DNA from: Patescibacteria group bacterium
Lineage (GTDB): Bacteria; Patescibacteriota; Patescibacteriia; UBA11705; DATKZF01
Length of the DNA: 64,000 nucleotides
NCBI GenBank assembly: GCA_049319825.1
Contig: JBMORT010000006.1
Span: forward strand, 166,340 to 230,339
Direction of reading: 5' to 3'
Below the pieces are notes generated by a model. It saw only the letters and a program-made list of their open reading frames with translations, made no database searches and had not been told where the DNA came from. The position numbers were made by a program, and so were the translations under genes. This document shows, one piece after another, positions 1-8,769 of this stretch (the stretch's first letter is position 1; each line of letters opens with the position of its first letter).

Positions 1-2
1 CT

Positions 3-164
3 CCGGACAAGCATTTGGTGGAAATAATCGAAGTGCCTGATCATCCGTTTTTCGTGGGCACGCAGTTTCACCCGGAATTCAAATCGAGGCCGTTTAACGG
101 TCATCCGCTGTTCAATGCTTTTGTGAAAGCGAGCATAGAGAATGCGGAGAAGGGGATGCTGTGA
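3..164 (+). CDS. pyrG: CTP synthase, C-terminal fragment (glutamine amidotransferase domain); 5' end lies outside the window
   Basis: Frame-3 translation ...[53 protein letters not shown] ending at TGA 162-164. The FHPEFKSRP motif is characteristic of the PyrG C-terminus. Confidence 0.8.
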   Translation, partial: PDKHLVEIIEVPDHPFFVGTQFHPEFKSRPFNGHPLFNAFVKASIENAEKGML

Positions 165-333
165 ATCTAAATTCCAAAAAACAAATTTCAAATAACAAAT
201 AATTTTCAAATTCAAATGATCAAATGACCCTTTGACCCGGCTGAGGGCGGGCTAAAATGGGTTTTGAAAATTGGAATTTCGATCATTGACGCTTATTTGT
301 CATTTGGGGCTTGTAATTTGTTATTTCACTTAA

Positions 334-357
334 GGGGTCGCTTGCCCCGTTTTTTAT
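334..357 (+). terminator. rho-independent terminator (GGGGTCGCTTGCCCC hairpin plus T-run) after pyrG
   Basis: GC hairpin followed by GTTTTTTAT. It sits immediately 5' of repeat copy 1. Confidence 0.5.
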
Positions 358-550
358 TTGGCCGCCAGTTTCAATCAGATCTCTCGACTCCGCTACGCGT
401 AGCCTGCCCCGAGCCTTGGCCTGAGCGTAGTCGAGGGGCTCGAGATGACAGTTTAGGGCGGCCAAAGAATCTAGCAGATTTCTCCATTGCGCTCGTCGCC
501 CTCGGCCTTGCTCGGGCTCCTCGCTGCAGTCGAAATGACAAAAAGGGGGA
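352..550. repeat. copy 1 of a ~190-bp palindromic intergenic element (GGCCGCC...GGCGGCC core)
   Basis: About 117 nt (352 to ~468) are identical to 1795 to ~1911. The tail diverges and the shared 3' end is GTCGAAATGACAAAARGKGGGA. The element starts in the T-run of the preceding terminator. Confidence 0.85.
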
Positions 551-639
551 TGGCCGCTTGACGGCATTTATCGCTTATGTTAATCTTTACTGAAGTTCTT
601 TGACATACCCCAAATCGGCAAAGCCGAAAGGAGGCGCGA

Positions 640-1425
640 ATGAGCCGAACACTCAAAGTATTTTTGAGTTGTCTAATCGGTTCCGGGATCGGAACATTCA
701 TCGCACTGTCAGTGAATTCATGGTTCTGGTGGACCGGCGCCCTGGTCGGCGGCCTGATCGGATACTTGTCCTATGAATTCAAGAAAGTGGTGGCCGCGAT
801 TCCAAAGGCTTGGAGAGCGGCGAGTAATTGGACGCCGAATCGATTGTTCTGGAAAACATATCTTGCAGTCGGCGGATACATCTTTCATCTTGCTTTTGCT
901 TCTTTGATGGTTTGTCTTATCATGACGACACCGGGTAGCAATTTACATGTATGGATTACATTATCGGCAGTTGCGGCAATTTTCTTTGGTGTGACATTAG
1001 GTGCCGGCGTAGTCGGAGAATGTTCTGATGAGCAGCTTCAGGCAATTCTTAAGCTTAGTAAAAAATTGTATCTCAATTACAATGTGGTTTCCGTGACAGT
1101 ACTGCTGGCATATCATCTAATCATTTCAATCAGATACGTGCCGAGAGCGGTTTGGGTGGCCATGCGAAGCGTGGGCCGAGCCGGAATGGTTTTGGGACGA
1201 TTTTTCAAACATCTTTTCCTTTTCATCCATTCGGAAATCCGGCTGCTGTGCGCCATTGACTCGCTGTGCGGCGTGATCAGCGGCTATCTCATTAGCCGCG
1301 CATACTCGCTCAGCCTTTTGGCAGGCGTGCTGGTCGGCATGGCAGCGGGCGCATTGCTCGGACTGGTCAATTACCAGCTTGTAAGCGTTCGAGTGCTGAA
1401 AGTCGCACCGAAAAGGAACAATTAG
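640..1425 (+). CDS. hypothetical polytopic membrane protein
   Basis: 261-aa ORF with multiple hydrophobic helices and an AAGGAGG-like RBS (GAAAGGAGGCGCGA ATG). GC is higher than in flanking DNA. It lies between the two repeat copies. Confidence 0.6.
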   Translation: MSRTLKVFLSCLIGSGIGTFIALSVNSWFWWTGALVGGLIGYLSYEFKKVVAAIPKAWRAASNWTPNRLFWKTYLAVGGYIFHLAFASLMVCLIMTTPGSNLHVWITLSAVAAIFFGVTLGAGVVGECSDEQLQAILKLSKKLYLNYNVVSVTVLLAYHLIISIRYVPRAVWVAMRSVGRAGMVLGRFFKHLFLFIHSEIRLLCAIDSLCGVISGYLISRAYSLSLLAGVLVGMAAGALLGLVNYQLVSVRVLKVAPKRNN

Positions 1426-1447
1426 GTTTTGAGAATGAGAGGCTGAT

Positions 1448-1762
1448 ATGAAGCAGACGAAAACCACCGTTGTCTCCAGGAAGTATATGATTCAATGCGC
1501 GCTTGAGTGGTTTGGATTCATTTTGCATGTTTTGTTTATTTCAGCATTATGGATTGGAATAATTGGCGGTGAAGTTTTACTCATGTATTATTTGATAAGT
1601 GATTGGTCGAAAATAACCGCTGAGATGATTTTAAGTGGTTGCTGTTTCATGCTGATAGGGCTAAGCGGTGTTGTGATGTTGCTGACATTCTTAAACGATG
1701 ATGTTTTGCAACATTATGCTGAGTTTAAAATGTGGCTACACTCATTAAAGCCTGAGAAATAA
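1448..1762 (+). CDS. hypothetical small membrane protein
   Basis: 104-aa ORF with 3 predicted TM helices. It starts 23 nt after the upstream gene and is followed by terminator 1774-1800. Confidence 0.5.
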   Translation: MKQTKTTVVSRKYMIQCALEWFGFILHVLFISALWIGIIGGEVLLMYYLISDWSKITAEMILSGCCFMLIGLSGVVMLLTFLNDDVLQHYAEFKMWLHSLKPEK

Positions 1763-1773
1763 GTAAAATAAAT

Positions 1774-1800
1774 CCGCAAAGCAAGTTTGCGGTTTTTTAT
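1774..1800 (+). terminator. rho-independent terminator (CCGCAAAGCAAGTTTGCGG plus T-run)
   Basis: Perfect hairpin plus TTTTTTAT. It directly precedes repeat copy 2. Confidence 0.6.
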
Positions 1801-1980
1801 TTGGCCGCCAGTTTCAATCAGATCTCTCGACTCCGCTACGCGTAGCCTGCCCCGAGCCTTGGCCTGAGCGTAGTCGAGGGGCTCGAGATGACAGTTTAGG
1901 GCGGCCAAAGATTCTGGCGGATTTTTCCATTCCGCCCCTCGATGAACTCGGGGATCCAGTCGAAATGACAAAAGGTGGGA
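1795..1980. repeat. copy 2 of the ~190-bp palindromic intergenic element
   Basis: See copy 1. The two copies bracket the two-gene membrane cassette. Confidence 0.85.
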
Positions 1981-1996
1981 TTAGTTTTTTGTGTGA

Positions 1997-2914
1997 TTAT
2001 TCAAACGCCAATTCAATTAATTTGTCCAAAAATTTCGGATAAGAATAGCCGGCAGCGGCTGCTGCTTTGGGAACCAGCGAGGCATCGGTCATGCCCGGAA
2101 TAGTATTTATTTCCAAAAAATAAATTTGATTGTCTGCGGTGACGATAAAATCAGATCTGGACAGGCCGCGGCAGCCTAAAGTCTGATGGGCGAGCAGAGC
2201 TTGGCGCTGGAGCTCTTTGGCCAGCGCTTCATCGATCGGCGCCGGGCAGATTTCTTCGCAGAATTTGGAATCGTATTTAGCTATATAATCGAAGAATTCG
2301 GTTTTCGGCCTGATCTCGATCACGGGCAAGGCTTGCGGATCATTATTGCCCAATATGGCTACTGTTTCTTCCACTCCTTTAATAAATTCCTCGACCAGCA
2401 CAGCTTGTTTGTATTGCTTTATATTCTTGATGGCGCTTTCAAGCTCATCGTCGGTTTTAACAATGTAAGTCCCTAAGCTTGACCCGCCGGCAACCGGCTT
2501 TAGCACCATCGGAGTGTTAAAGCTTTTTTTAATTTGCGCAATGTCGAGTGTTAAATAATCAAAAATTTTTCCTTGAGGCATTTTAATATCTGTTAATTTT
2601 TCCAATAAAGACTTGGCCAGTTGCTTGTTAAGCGCAATTGACATCGCTTCAACATCTGAAAAAGTAAACTTTAACCCGAGAGTTTTTAAAAAACCTTGGA
2701 CAGTCCCGTCTTCTCCGAAAGTGCCGTGAAAAACCGGCATTACTACATCGAATTTTTTATAATCAGACAGAAATTTATCCAGGTCTACAGGAAAATCAAA
2801 ATATTCCTTGTGATACTTTGACTCATCAAGGTTTTCGAATACTTTTTTTGATGAAATGAGGCTGACTTCACGCTCTGATGAATCTCCTCCTCCGAGAACG
2901 GCGATATTTAGCAT
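1997..2914 (-). CDS. ddl: D-alanine--D-alanine ligase (ATP-grasp)
   Basis: N-terminus LGGGDSSEREVSLISSKKV, an ATP-grasp core and a C-terminal PGMT...SL.P motif. Length is 305 aa. Confidence 0.9.
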   Translation of the reverse strand: MLNIAVLGGGDSSEREVSLISSKKVFENLDESKYHKEYFDFPVDLDKFLSDYKKFDVVMPVFHGTFGEDGTVQGFLKTLGLKFTFSDVEAMSIALNKQLAKSLLEKLTDIKMPQGKIFDYLTLDIAQIKKSFNTPMVLKPVAGGSSLGTYIVKTDDELESAIKNIKQYKQAVLVEEFIKGVEETVAILGNNDPQALPVIEIRPKTEFFDYIAKYDSKFCEEICPAPIDEALAKELQRQALLAHQTLGCRGLSRSDFIVTADNQIYFLEINTIPGMTDASLVPKAAAAAGYSYPKFLDKLIELAFE

Positions 2915-3042
2915 ATATTTGGAAATTAGTTGTTTAGAAATTGGAAAATAGTGTTAGAAAATAGAAGTTTGAAAATGGTAATTAAACTAATTTCAATTTT
3001 CCAATTTCCATTACTAATTTCTGTTTTCCAAACAACGATTTT

Positions 3043-4200
3043 CTATTGAAATAATTTAACTTCCGCTTTCCCGATTGCGTCCATAACCAGTGTATCAATT
3101 TCCATATTTTTTTCAAATTTTTCCACATTCTCAAGCTTACCGCGAGTTTGGGGATGCTTGGCCACCAAGTATGAGCAGCAGTCAGCGTAGGGGAGAATGG
3201 AAATTTCATAAGTGCCGATTTTTTCGGCCAGATCAACGGTTTCCTGCTTGTTCATGCCGATTATTGGACGCAAAATAAGAGAATCCGACGCTTGGCTGAT
3301 TAAAATCATGTTTTCCAAAGTCTGCGACGCCACCTGACCTAAGTTATCGCCGGTAACCAAAGCCTTGGCTTTTTCCTTCTTTCTGATTTCTTCTGCCAAT
3401 CGGTGCATGAATCTTCTGTAGACTATCATTCGATAAGAGCTTTCCGTATTGGCGATTATTTGTTTTTGGATGTCGGCAAAGGGGACGGTATAGAGCTTGA
3501 TCGGCCTTTGATATTCTGAAAGCTTGGCGGCCAGCTTTTCAATTTTATCTTGGGCTTGTTTGGAGACAATGGTTTTATTTTGCGCGTGAAACAATAGCAC
3601 CTGAGCGCCGCGCTTCATCATCATATAGGCGGCGACCGGGCTGTCGATGCCGCCGGACATCATGCAGATTACTTTGCCCGAGCTGCCGGTCGGCAGGCCG
3701 CCGGGGCTTTGAATCTTATGTCCAAAAACATAAGCCGTGTCTTTGGATATTTCAATGCCGATCAGCAGTTCCGGTTTGGTGGCGTTTACGCCCATTTTCG
3801 TCTCGTCTTTGATAAATCCACCGACCCGGCGGTTGATCTCCGTTGAATTGAGCTTAAATGATTTATCCGAGCGGCTGGTTTGTATTTTGAAGGTGGATAC
3901 CTTATTTGTTCGGCAAATTTGCAGCGCGCAATTTTTGAGTTCAGTCAATTCGCGCTGGCATTGAAAACCAAGCGCCGCGTTGGCAATGCCGGGAATCTTT
4001 GACATACGCTCAGTCAATTCCATGGCCTGAGTCTGATTTTTAAAATAAACAACAACCTTGCCTTCTTTGGCCAGAATTGCTATATATTCGGAGCGATTTA
4101 ATTGATTTTTAATGTTTTCGATTAAGATTTTTATGAAAAATTTCTTATTTTTTCCTTTTAAAATCAATTCTCCGTAATGAAGGATAATCAGCGGTTTCAT
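3043..4200 (-). CDS. thiI: tRNA 4-thiouridine(8) synthase / tRNA sulfurtransferase ThiI
   Basis: PP-loop SGGIDSPVAAYMMMKRG, an N-terminal THUMP-like region, 385 aa. Confidence 0.9.
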   Translation of the reverse strand: MKPLIILHYGELILKGKNKKFFIKILIENIKNQLNRSEYIAILAKEGKVVVYFKNQTQAMELTERMSKIPGIANAALGFQCQRELTELKNCALQICRTNKVSTFKIQTSRSDKSFKLNSTEINRRVGGFIKDETKMGVNATKPELLIGIEISKDTAYVFGHKIQSPGGLPTGSSGKVICMMSGGIDSPVAAYMMMKRGAQVLLFHAQNKTIVSKQAQDKIEKLAAKLSEYQRPIKLYTVPFADIQKQIIANTESSYRMIVYRRFMHRLAEEIRKKEKAKALVTGDNLGQVASQTLENMILISQASDSLILRPIIGMNKQETVDLAEKIGTYEISILPYADCCSYLVAKHPQTRGKLENVEKFEKNMEIDTLVMDAIGKAEVKLFQ

Positions 4201-4892
4201 ATTGGATATTTGGTGAATCTAATTTTTATCAATTCCCCGAAAGTTTTAAAGAAGTCAAGCGGCTTGACCTTGGATTCCGGAGAATTGATCCAGGTAACCG
4301 GAATTTCCTTGGCTGAGTATAGCTTTTTTTTAGCCAAATATAAAATTTCCATGTCAAAAGCCCAGCGGTTGATTTTTTGCAAGCCAAACAGATCTTTGGC
4401 TACTTCGCCTCGGAAAATTTTAAATCCGCATTGAGTATCTTTTAATTTCAATCCCAAAATTATTCTGATCATTTTATTGCCAATATAAGTGATAATATTT
4501 CTGTGCCATGGCTGTTTCACTTGAATTTCACTGCCGATAGAGTGTCGCGAGCCGATCAGGATGTCATATTGTTCTTTTTTATGCCAAAATTTATCCAGCT
4601 CCTCGATCGGCGTGGAATTGTCAGCATCAGTGAATAAAATATATTTGCCTTGCGCGGCCTCGACGCCGGTCCTAACGGCCGCGCCTTTGCCTTGGTTTTC
4701 AGCATGCCGCAGCAGATTGCATTTTTTTATATTTTCAACGATCGGGATTGTTTGATCGGTTGATCCGTCATCGACCACGATTACTTCATAATCAATTTGC
4801 CGTTTATTAAGATAATGAAAAATTTTCGGCAGAGTAGAGCCGATTCTTTTTTCTTCATTATAAACGGGAATGATCACTGAGAGTTCGGGCAT
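4197..4892 (-). CDS. family-2 glycosyltransferase (dolichyl-phosphate sugar synthase-like)
   Basis: SVIIPVYNEE...VVDDGSTD...DADNS motifs. It overlaps thiI by 4 nt. Confidence 0.8.
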   Translation of the reverse strand: MPELSVIIPVYNEEKRIGSTLPKIFHYLNKRQIDYEVIVVDDGSTDQTIPIVENIKKCNLLRHAENQGKGAAVRTGVEAAQGKYILFTDADNSTPIEELDKFWHKKEQYDILIGSRHSIGSEIQVKQPWHRNIITYIGNKMIRIILGLKLKDTQCGFKIFRGEVAKDLFGLQKINRWAFDMEILYLAKKKLYSAKEIPVTWINSPESKVKPLDFFKTFGELIKIRFTKYPI

Positions 4893-4896
4893 AAAT

Positions 4897-6144
4897 TTAT
4901 TGTTTAAAACGCAGCGCTTCTATCGGATCGAGGTCAGCGGCCTTTTTCGCCGGATATAAGCCGAAAATGAGGCCGACGATAAAGGAAAACCCGACTGCCA
5001 AAATGATCGATACCACTGACAAGCTGAATGCCCAGCTATAGCCGGCTGATTGCGCTACGACGCTCACCAGATATGACAGGCCGGCGCCGAGGGCAAAGCC
5101 GATCGTCCCGCCCAGCAAGGTTATTATCATGGCTTCAAACAGAAATTGCGATAGAATGTCTGATTTTTTCGCGCCGATAGCTTTGCGCAGCCCGATTTCA
5201 AAAGTTCTTTCCACCACAGCAACGTACATTACATTCATAATGCCCACCCCGCCGACCAAAAGCGATATGCCGGCGATGGCGATCAACAGCAATGTGACGG
5301 CGCTGACGATGGTATTTATTAAATCTTGGGCCTCTTTCATGGTGGTGACCTGAAAATCTTCTTTTTCCGGCGTCGCCGCGTCATGGCGGTCGCGCATTAT
5401 ATATTTAATTTCCTCGGCGGTTTCATCGATGTTCGCGGGATCACTGACTTCGGTGATTATCGCCGAGACATAATTTATTCCGAGCATTTTTTTCTGCATC
5501 GTATTGATCGGAATGTATAAAAGATTATCGAAGTCGAAAAACATCACGCCGCCGCGCGGCGCCATTACTCCGATCACCCGATAATTGTCTTTGCCGATTT
5601 TTAAATTTTTTCCGATCACTTCATCGTCGCCAAAAAAACGATCTTTAACTTTCGCGCCGATAACCGCCACCTTGCCCGCGCCGCTGTTCGCTTCTTCGTC
5701 GAAAAAGCTGCCTTCGGCAATATTACTTTTATCGATCTCGATGTAGCTGGGGGATACGCCGTAAATCAGCAGCTGGGCTCGTTCATTGTCTCGCTTGATC
5801 ACTTGTTGTCCGATATTGGCGGCGTAAGCGTTTTTGATGTTGGGAATTTTTTGTATTTCTTTCATGTCATCAATCGTCAGTGTGGTGATCGCCACGCCGG
5901 TGGCCAGGGCGGTGGCTTGTTCAGTTTGCGATTTGCTGGAAGTGGGTACTTTGACTTCAATATTGATCCAGTTATCTCCAAAGGCGGCGAGTTCTCCCAT
6001 GATCAGGCCTTTCATGCCTTGGCCGGCGGAAATTACGGTAATGACCGCCGCTATGCCGATGACAATGCCTAAAATGGTCAGCAATGTTCTGGATTTGTTG
6101 ACCTTAAGGTTGGTGAGGGCAATTTTTAAATTTGAAACAATCAT
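4897..6144 (-). CDS. ABC transporter permease, MacB/FtsX family (YknZ-like), paralog 1
   Basis: N-terminal TM helix, a periplasmic MacB_PCD-like domain and a C-terminal FtsX 4-TM bundle. 415 aa. Confidence 0.85.
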   Translation of the reverse strand: MIVSNLKIALTNLKVNKSRTLLTILGIVIGIAAVITVISAGQGMKGLIMGELAAFGDNWINIEVKVPTSSKSQTEQATALATGVAITTLTIDDMKEIQKIPNIKNAYAANIGQQVIKRDNERAQLLIYGVSPSYIEIDKSNIAEGSFFDEEANSGAGKVAVIGAKVKDRFFGDDEVIGKNLKIGKDNYRVIGVMAPRGGVMFFDFDNLLYIPINTMQKKMLGINYVSAIITEVSDPANIDETAEEIKYIMRDRHDAATPEKEDFQVTTMKEAQDLINTIVSAVTLLLIAIAGISLLVGGVGIMNVMYVAVVERTFEIGLRKAIGAKKSDILSQFLFEAMIITLLGGTIGFALGAGLSYLVSVVAQSAGYSWAFSLSVVSIILAVGFSFIVGLIFGLYPAKKAADLDPIEALRFKQ

Positions 6145-6310
6145 GAAATTGAGTTTACGAGATTACCACGAAGTGGTCACTTGGTGACAAGATCCGACTT
6201 ACAAGATTATACAGATTACAAGATACGCAAGAGTATGCTAATCGAGGTCTTGATATCTTGTATAGCTGTACAGCGATCTGGTCCCGAAGGGATCCCTCGT
6301 AGATTCAAAA
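6145..6310. repeat. TACAAGAT / ATCTTGTA word-repeat array inside the efflux operon (between the two permease paralogs)
   Basis: GACAAGAT, TACAAGATTA and TTACAAGATA occur as direct copies and ATCTTGTATA inverted. A GGGATCCC palindrome is also present. Confidence 0.7.
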
Positions 6311-7552
6311 TTATTCATACCGTAGCGCCTCAATCGGATCGATTTTTGAAGTTTTGAGCGCCGGATAGAGTCCGAATACCAGTCCGATCAGTGATGACAC
6401 GCCCAATCCCAGCGCTATCGATTGCAGCGATACCACGAAATCCCAGTCGTAATTAAGATAGTTGGCGACCGCGGCCACCGCGCCGGAAAAAGCGGTTCCG
6501 ATAATAATGCCGATAGCGCCGGCGACTAAAGTTATTACCACGGTCTCCACCAAAAATTGGGTGATCAGGTGAATGTTTCTGGCGCCGACGGCTTTTCTCA
6601 GACCAATTTCCCTGATTCTTTCATTGACGGCGATCAACATGATATTCATGATGCCGATGCCACCGACGACCAAGGCTAAGCCGCCGACCGCAGCAAGAAA
6701 AAATTTGAGCGCGTCCGTTATGGTAGTGACAATGTCCAGGGCTTGAGCAGAAGATCGGACTGAAAAATCATCGTCGGTCGGGTCATCGATGTTGTGCTGT
6801 TCGCGCAATGTTTGTTTAATTTCTTCAATGCTTTGATCGACATACGCGGTATCGTCAATCTTTACTCTGATTAATGTGACATGGTTCACGCCGAGCAACA
6901 GTTTTTGCGCCGTTGCCAGCGGAATAAAAATTTTATTGTCCTGATTTTCCAGACCGACCACGCCGCGTTCCTTCATTACTCCGATTACCTTGAAAGCCGA
7001 CTTTTCGATTTTGATGGTTTCACCGATCGGATCTTGATCGCCGAATAAATCTTCGGCCATTGTCGGCCCCAAAACGACCATTCGGGAAATGCTTCTTTCC
7101 TCGGATTCGTCGAAGAATCGGCCTCGGGCGACTTCGGCTTCCTCGACGGTGGTGTAGTTGGCCGTGGTGCCGGTATAAGTTGATTGAGCGCTGACGTCTC
7201 GCCAGCTGATGGTGCCTTGGCCGGTAATGTAGGCCGCCGCGGCCAGCGCGTGCTCGACATTTTGTCTTTTTTCCAAGGCGAGCGCGTCTTCGTACTTAAG
7301 CGTGGTAATGATAATCCCGAATACCGACGCCGGCGGGCCGGACTCGTCGCTTGATCCCGGCAGGACGCCGATCAGATCAGTGCCGAAATTTTTAATTTGG
7401 TTGATAATCAGGCTCTGCGCGCCGGCGCCGACAGACATGATGATAATAATCGCCGTGATGCCGATAACCAGTCCGAGCATTGTTAAAAAAGAACGAACCT
7501 TATTCGCTCTTAAATTGTTGAGTGATATTTTTATGGCATCGCGAAATTCCAT
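6311..7552 (-). CDS. ABC transporter permease, MacB/FtsX family, paralog 2
   Basis: Same architecture as 4897..6144, 413 aa, with a C-terminal motif similar to the paralog. Confidence 0.85.
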   Translation of the reverse strand: MEFRDAIKISLNNLRANKVRSFLTMLGLVIGITAIIIIMSVGAGAQSLIINQIKNFGTDLIGVLPGSSDESGPPASVFGIIITTLKYEDALALEKRQNVEHALAAAAYITGQGTISWRDVSAQSTYTGTTANYTTVEEAEVARGRFFDESEERSISRMVVLGPTMAEDLFGDQDPIGETIKIEKSAFKVIGVMKERGVVGLENQDNKIFIPLATAQKLLLGVNHVTLIRVKIDDTAYVDQSIEEIKQTLREQHNIDDPTDDDFSVRSSAQALDIVTTITDALKFFLAAVGGLALVVGGIGIMNIMLIAVNERIREIGLRKAVGARNIHLITQFLVETVVITLVAGAIGIIIGTAFSGAVAAVANYLNYDWDFVVSLQSIALGLGVSSLIGLVFGLYPALKTSKIDPIEALRYE

Positions 7553-7773
7553 AAATTGATATTACAAGATGACGAGATTTACTGTACAAGATGGTACGAG
7601 ATGACTTTTATATCAGGGCGAAATTTATAATCCGAATACCCCGAAATGCGGCTAATGCAGAATTTAAAATTCGAGCTTCGATACCGATAACCATCATTGT
7701 TATGTGCTCCATCACGCGTTCGCGAAAGACGTGATCCATGCTCCATGATACGGGATCCAGGATATCATCGCTT

Positions 7774-8502
7774 TTACTTCACAAACTGTCCGTTTTTGGC
7801 GCTGCGGCGTGCGTGATCATGGTTGTCTTGCATGGCGATGCCATCGCGAACCATGATGATTCTTTCCGCGTATTCGGCCGTGTACTTTTCGTGAGTCACC
7901 AAAATTATGGTGTGCCCCTCGTCGTATAAATCTTCGATTAATTCCATGATTTTGCCGCCGGTTTTACTGTCCAGATTGCCCGTGGGCTCGTCGGCCAGAA
8001 TCAATGAAGGCTCATTGACCAGCGCTCGGGCGATGGCCACTCTTTGCTTTTCGCCGCCGGACAATTGGTTTGACAGGTAATTCATACGATGTTCCAAACC
8101 GACGGCAACGGCCGCTTTTTTGGCCATTGCCAGTTTGTTGCCCTTCTTCTTGCTATATATAAGAGGCAGTTTGATATTATCAATGACTGTGGTGCGGGGA
8201 AGCAGGTTAAAGCTTTGAAAAACAAAACCGATTTCATTGTTTCTCATGTCCGCTAGATCGTCGTCGGATAATTGGCTGACATCTTTGCCTTTGAATTTAT
8301 ATTTTCCAGCAGTTGGCCGATCCAGAAATCCGATGATGTTCATCAGCGTCGATTTTCCCGATCCGGACGGCCCCATAATGGCCACGAATTCGCCTTGGTT
8401 GATGGTGATATTGATGCCATGCAAAACTTTAGTAACAATATCTTCATTATGATATTCCTTTGTAATATCAATCATTTCGATGAGTGGTTTTGATTTAGCC
8501 AT
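7774..8502 (-). CDS. ABC transporter ATP-binding protein (MacB/LolD/YknY-like)
   Basis: Walker [10 protein letters not shown], signature [15 protein letters not shown] and Walker [12 protein letters not shown]. Confidence 0.9.
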   Translation of the reverse strand: MAKSKPLIEMIDITKEYHNEDIVTKVLHGINITINQGEFVAIMGPSGSGKSTLMNIIGFLDRPTAGKYKFKGKDVSQLSDDDLADMRNNEIGFVFQSFNLLPRTTVIDNIKLPLIYSKKKGNKLAMAKKAAVAVGLEHRMNYLSNQLSGGEKQRVAIARALVNEPSLILADEPTGNLDSKTGGKIMELIEDLYDEGHTIILVTHEKYTAEYAERIIMVRDGIAMQDNHDHARRSAKNGQFVK

Positions 8503-8769
8503 AGATTTTTAGAAGGCTTGAGGGGGCTTAAGAGGGCTTGAGAAGGCTGAGAGGGAAAGAGGGCAAAACCGTATTGTCGATATTCGGAAATCGTAATCGA
8601 AGTTGGAAAATCGAAATTCGTTTCAAGCGAGTTTCGAATATCGAATTTCCAAACCAATTTCGAGTTTCGACATAACGAATTTCGTCTATCGTATTTCGTG
8701 TCTCGTATTTCGTCTTTCGTGTTTCGTGTTTCGTGTATCACATCTCGCATTTCTTATTCCAACAATCCG
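8503..8769. repeat. low-complexity spacer: GGCTTGAGRGGGC units, then CGAAWTTCG units, then a TTTCGTSTT x8 tandem run
   Basis: Visible directly. It lies between the HlyD-like gene and the ABC ATPase gene, inside the operon on the minus strand. Confidence 0.7.

Noticed and set aside
264-701. ORF-track ORFs 264..593(+), 283..567(-) and 471..701(-), plus 1714..1971(-), overlapping the palindromic repeat copies. They encode an identical 40-aa stretch in both copies.
   Set aside because: The identity comes from the DNA repeat itself. The ORFs run through terminator hairpins and T-runs, have no RBS and have arbitrary composition. They are most likely non-coding.
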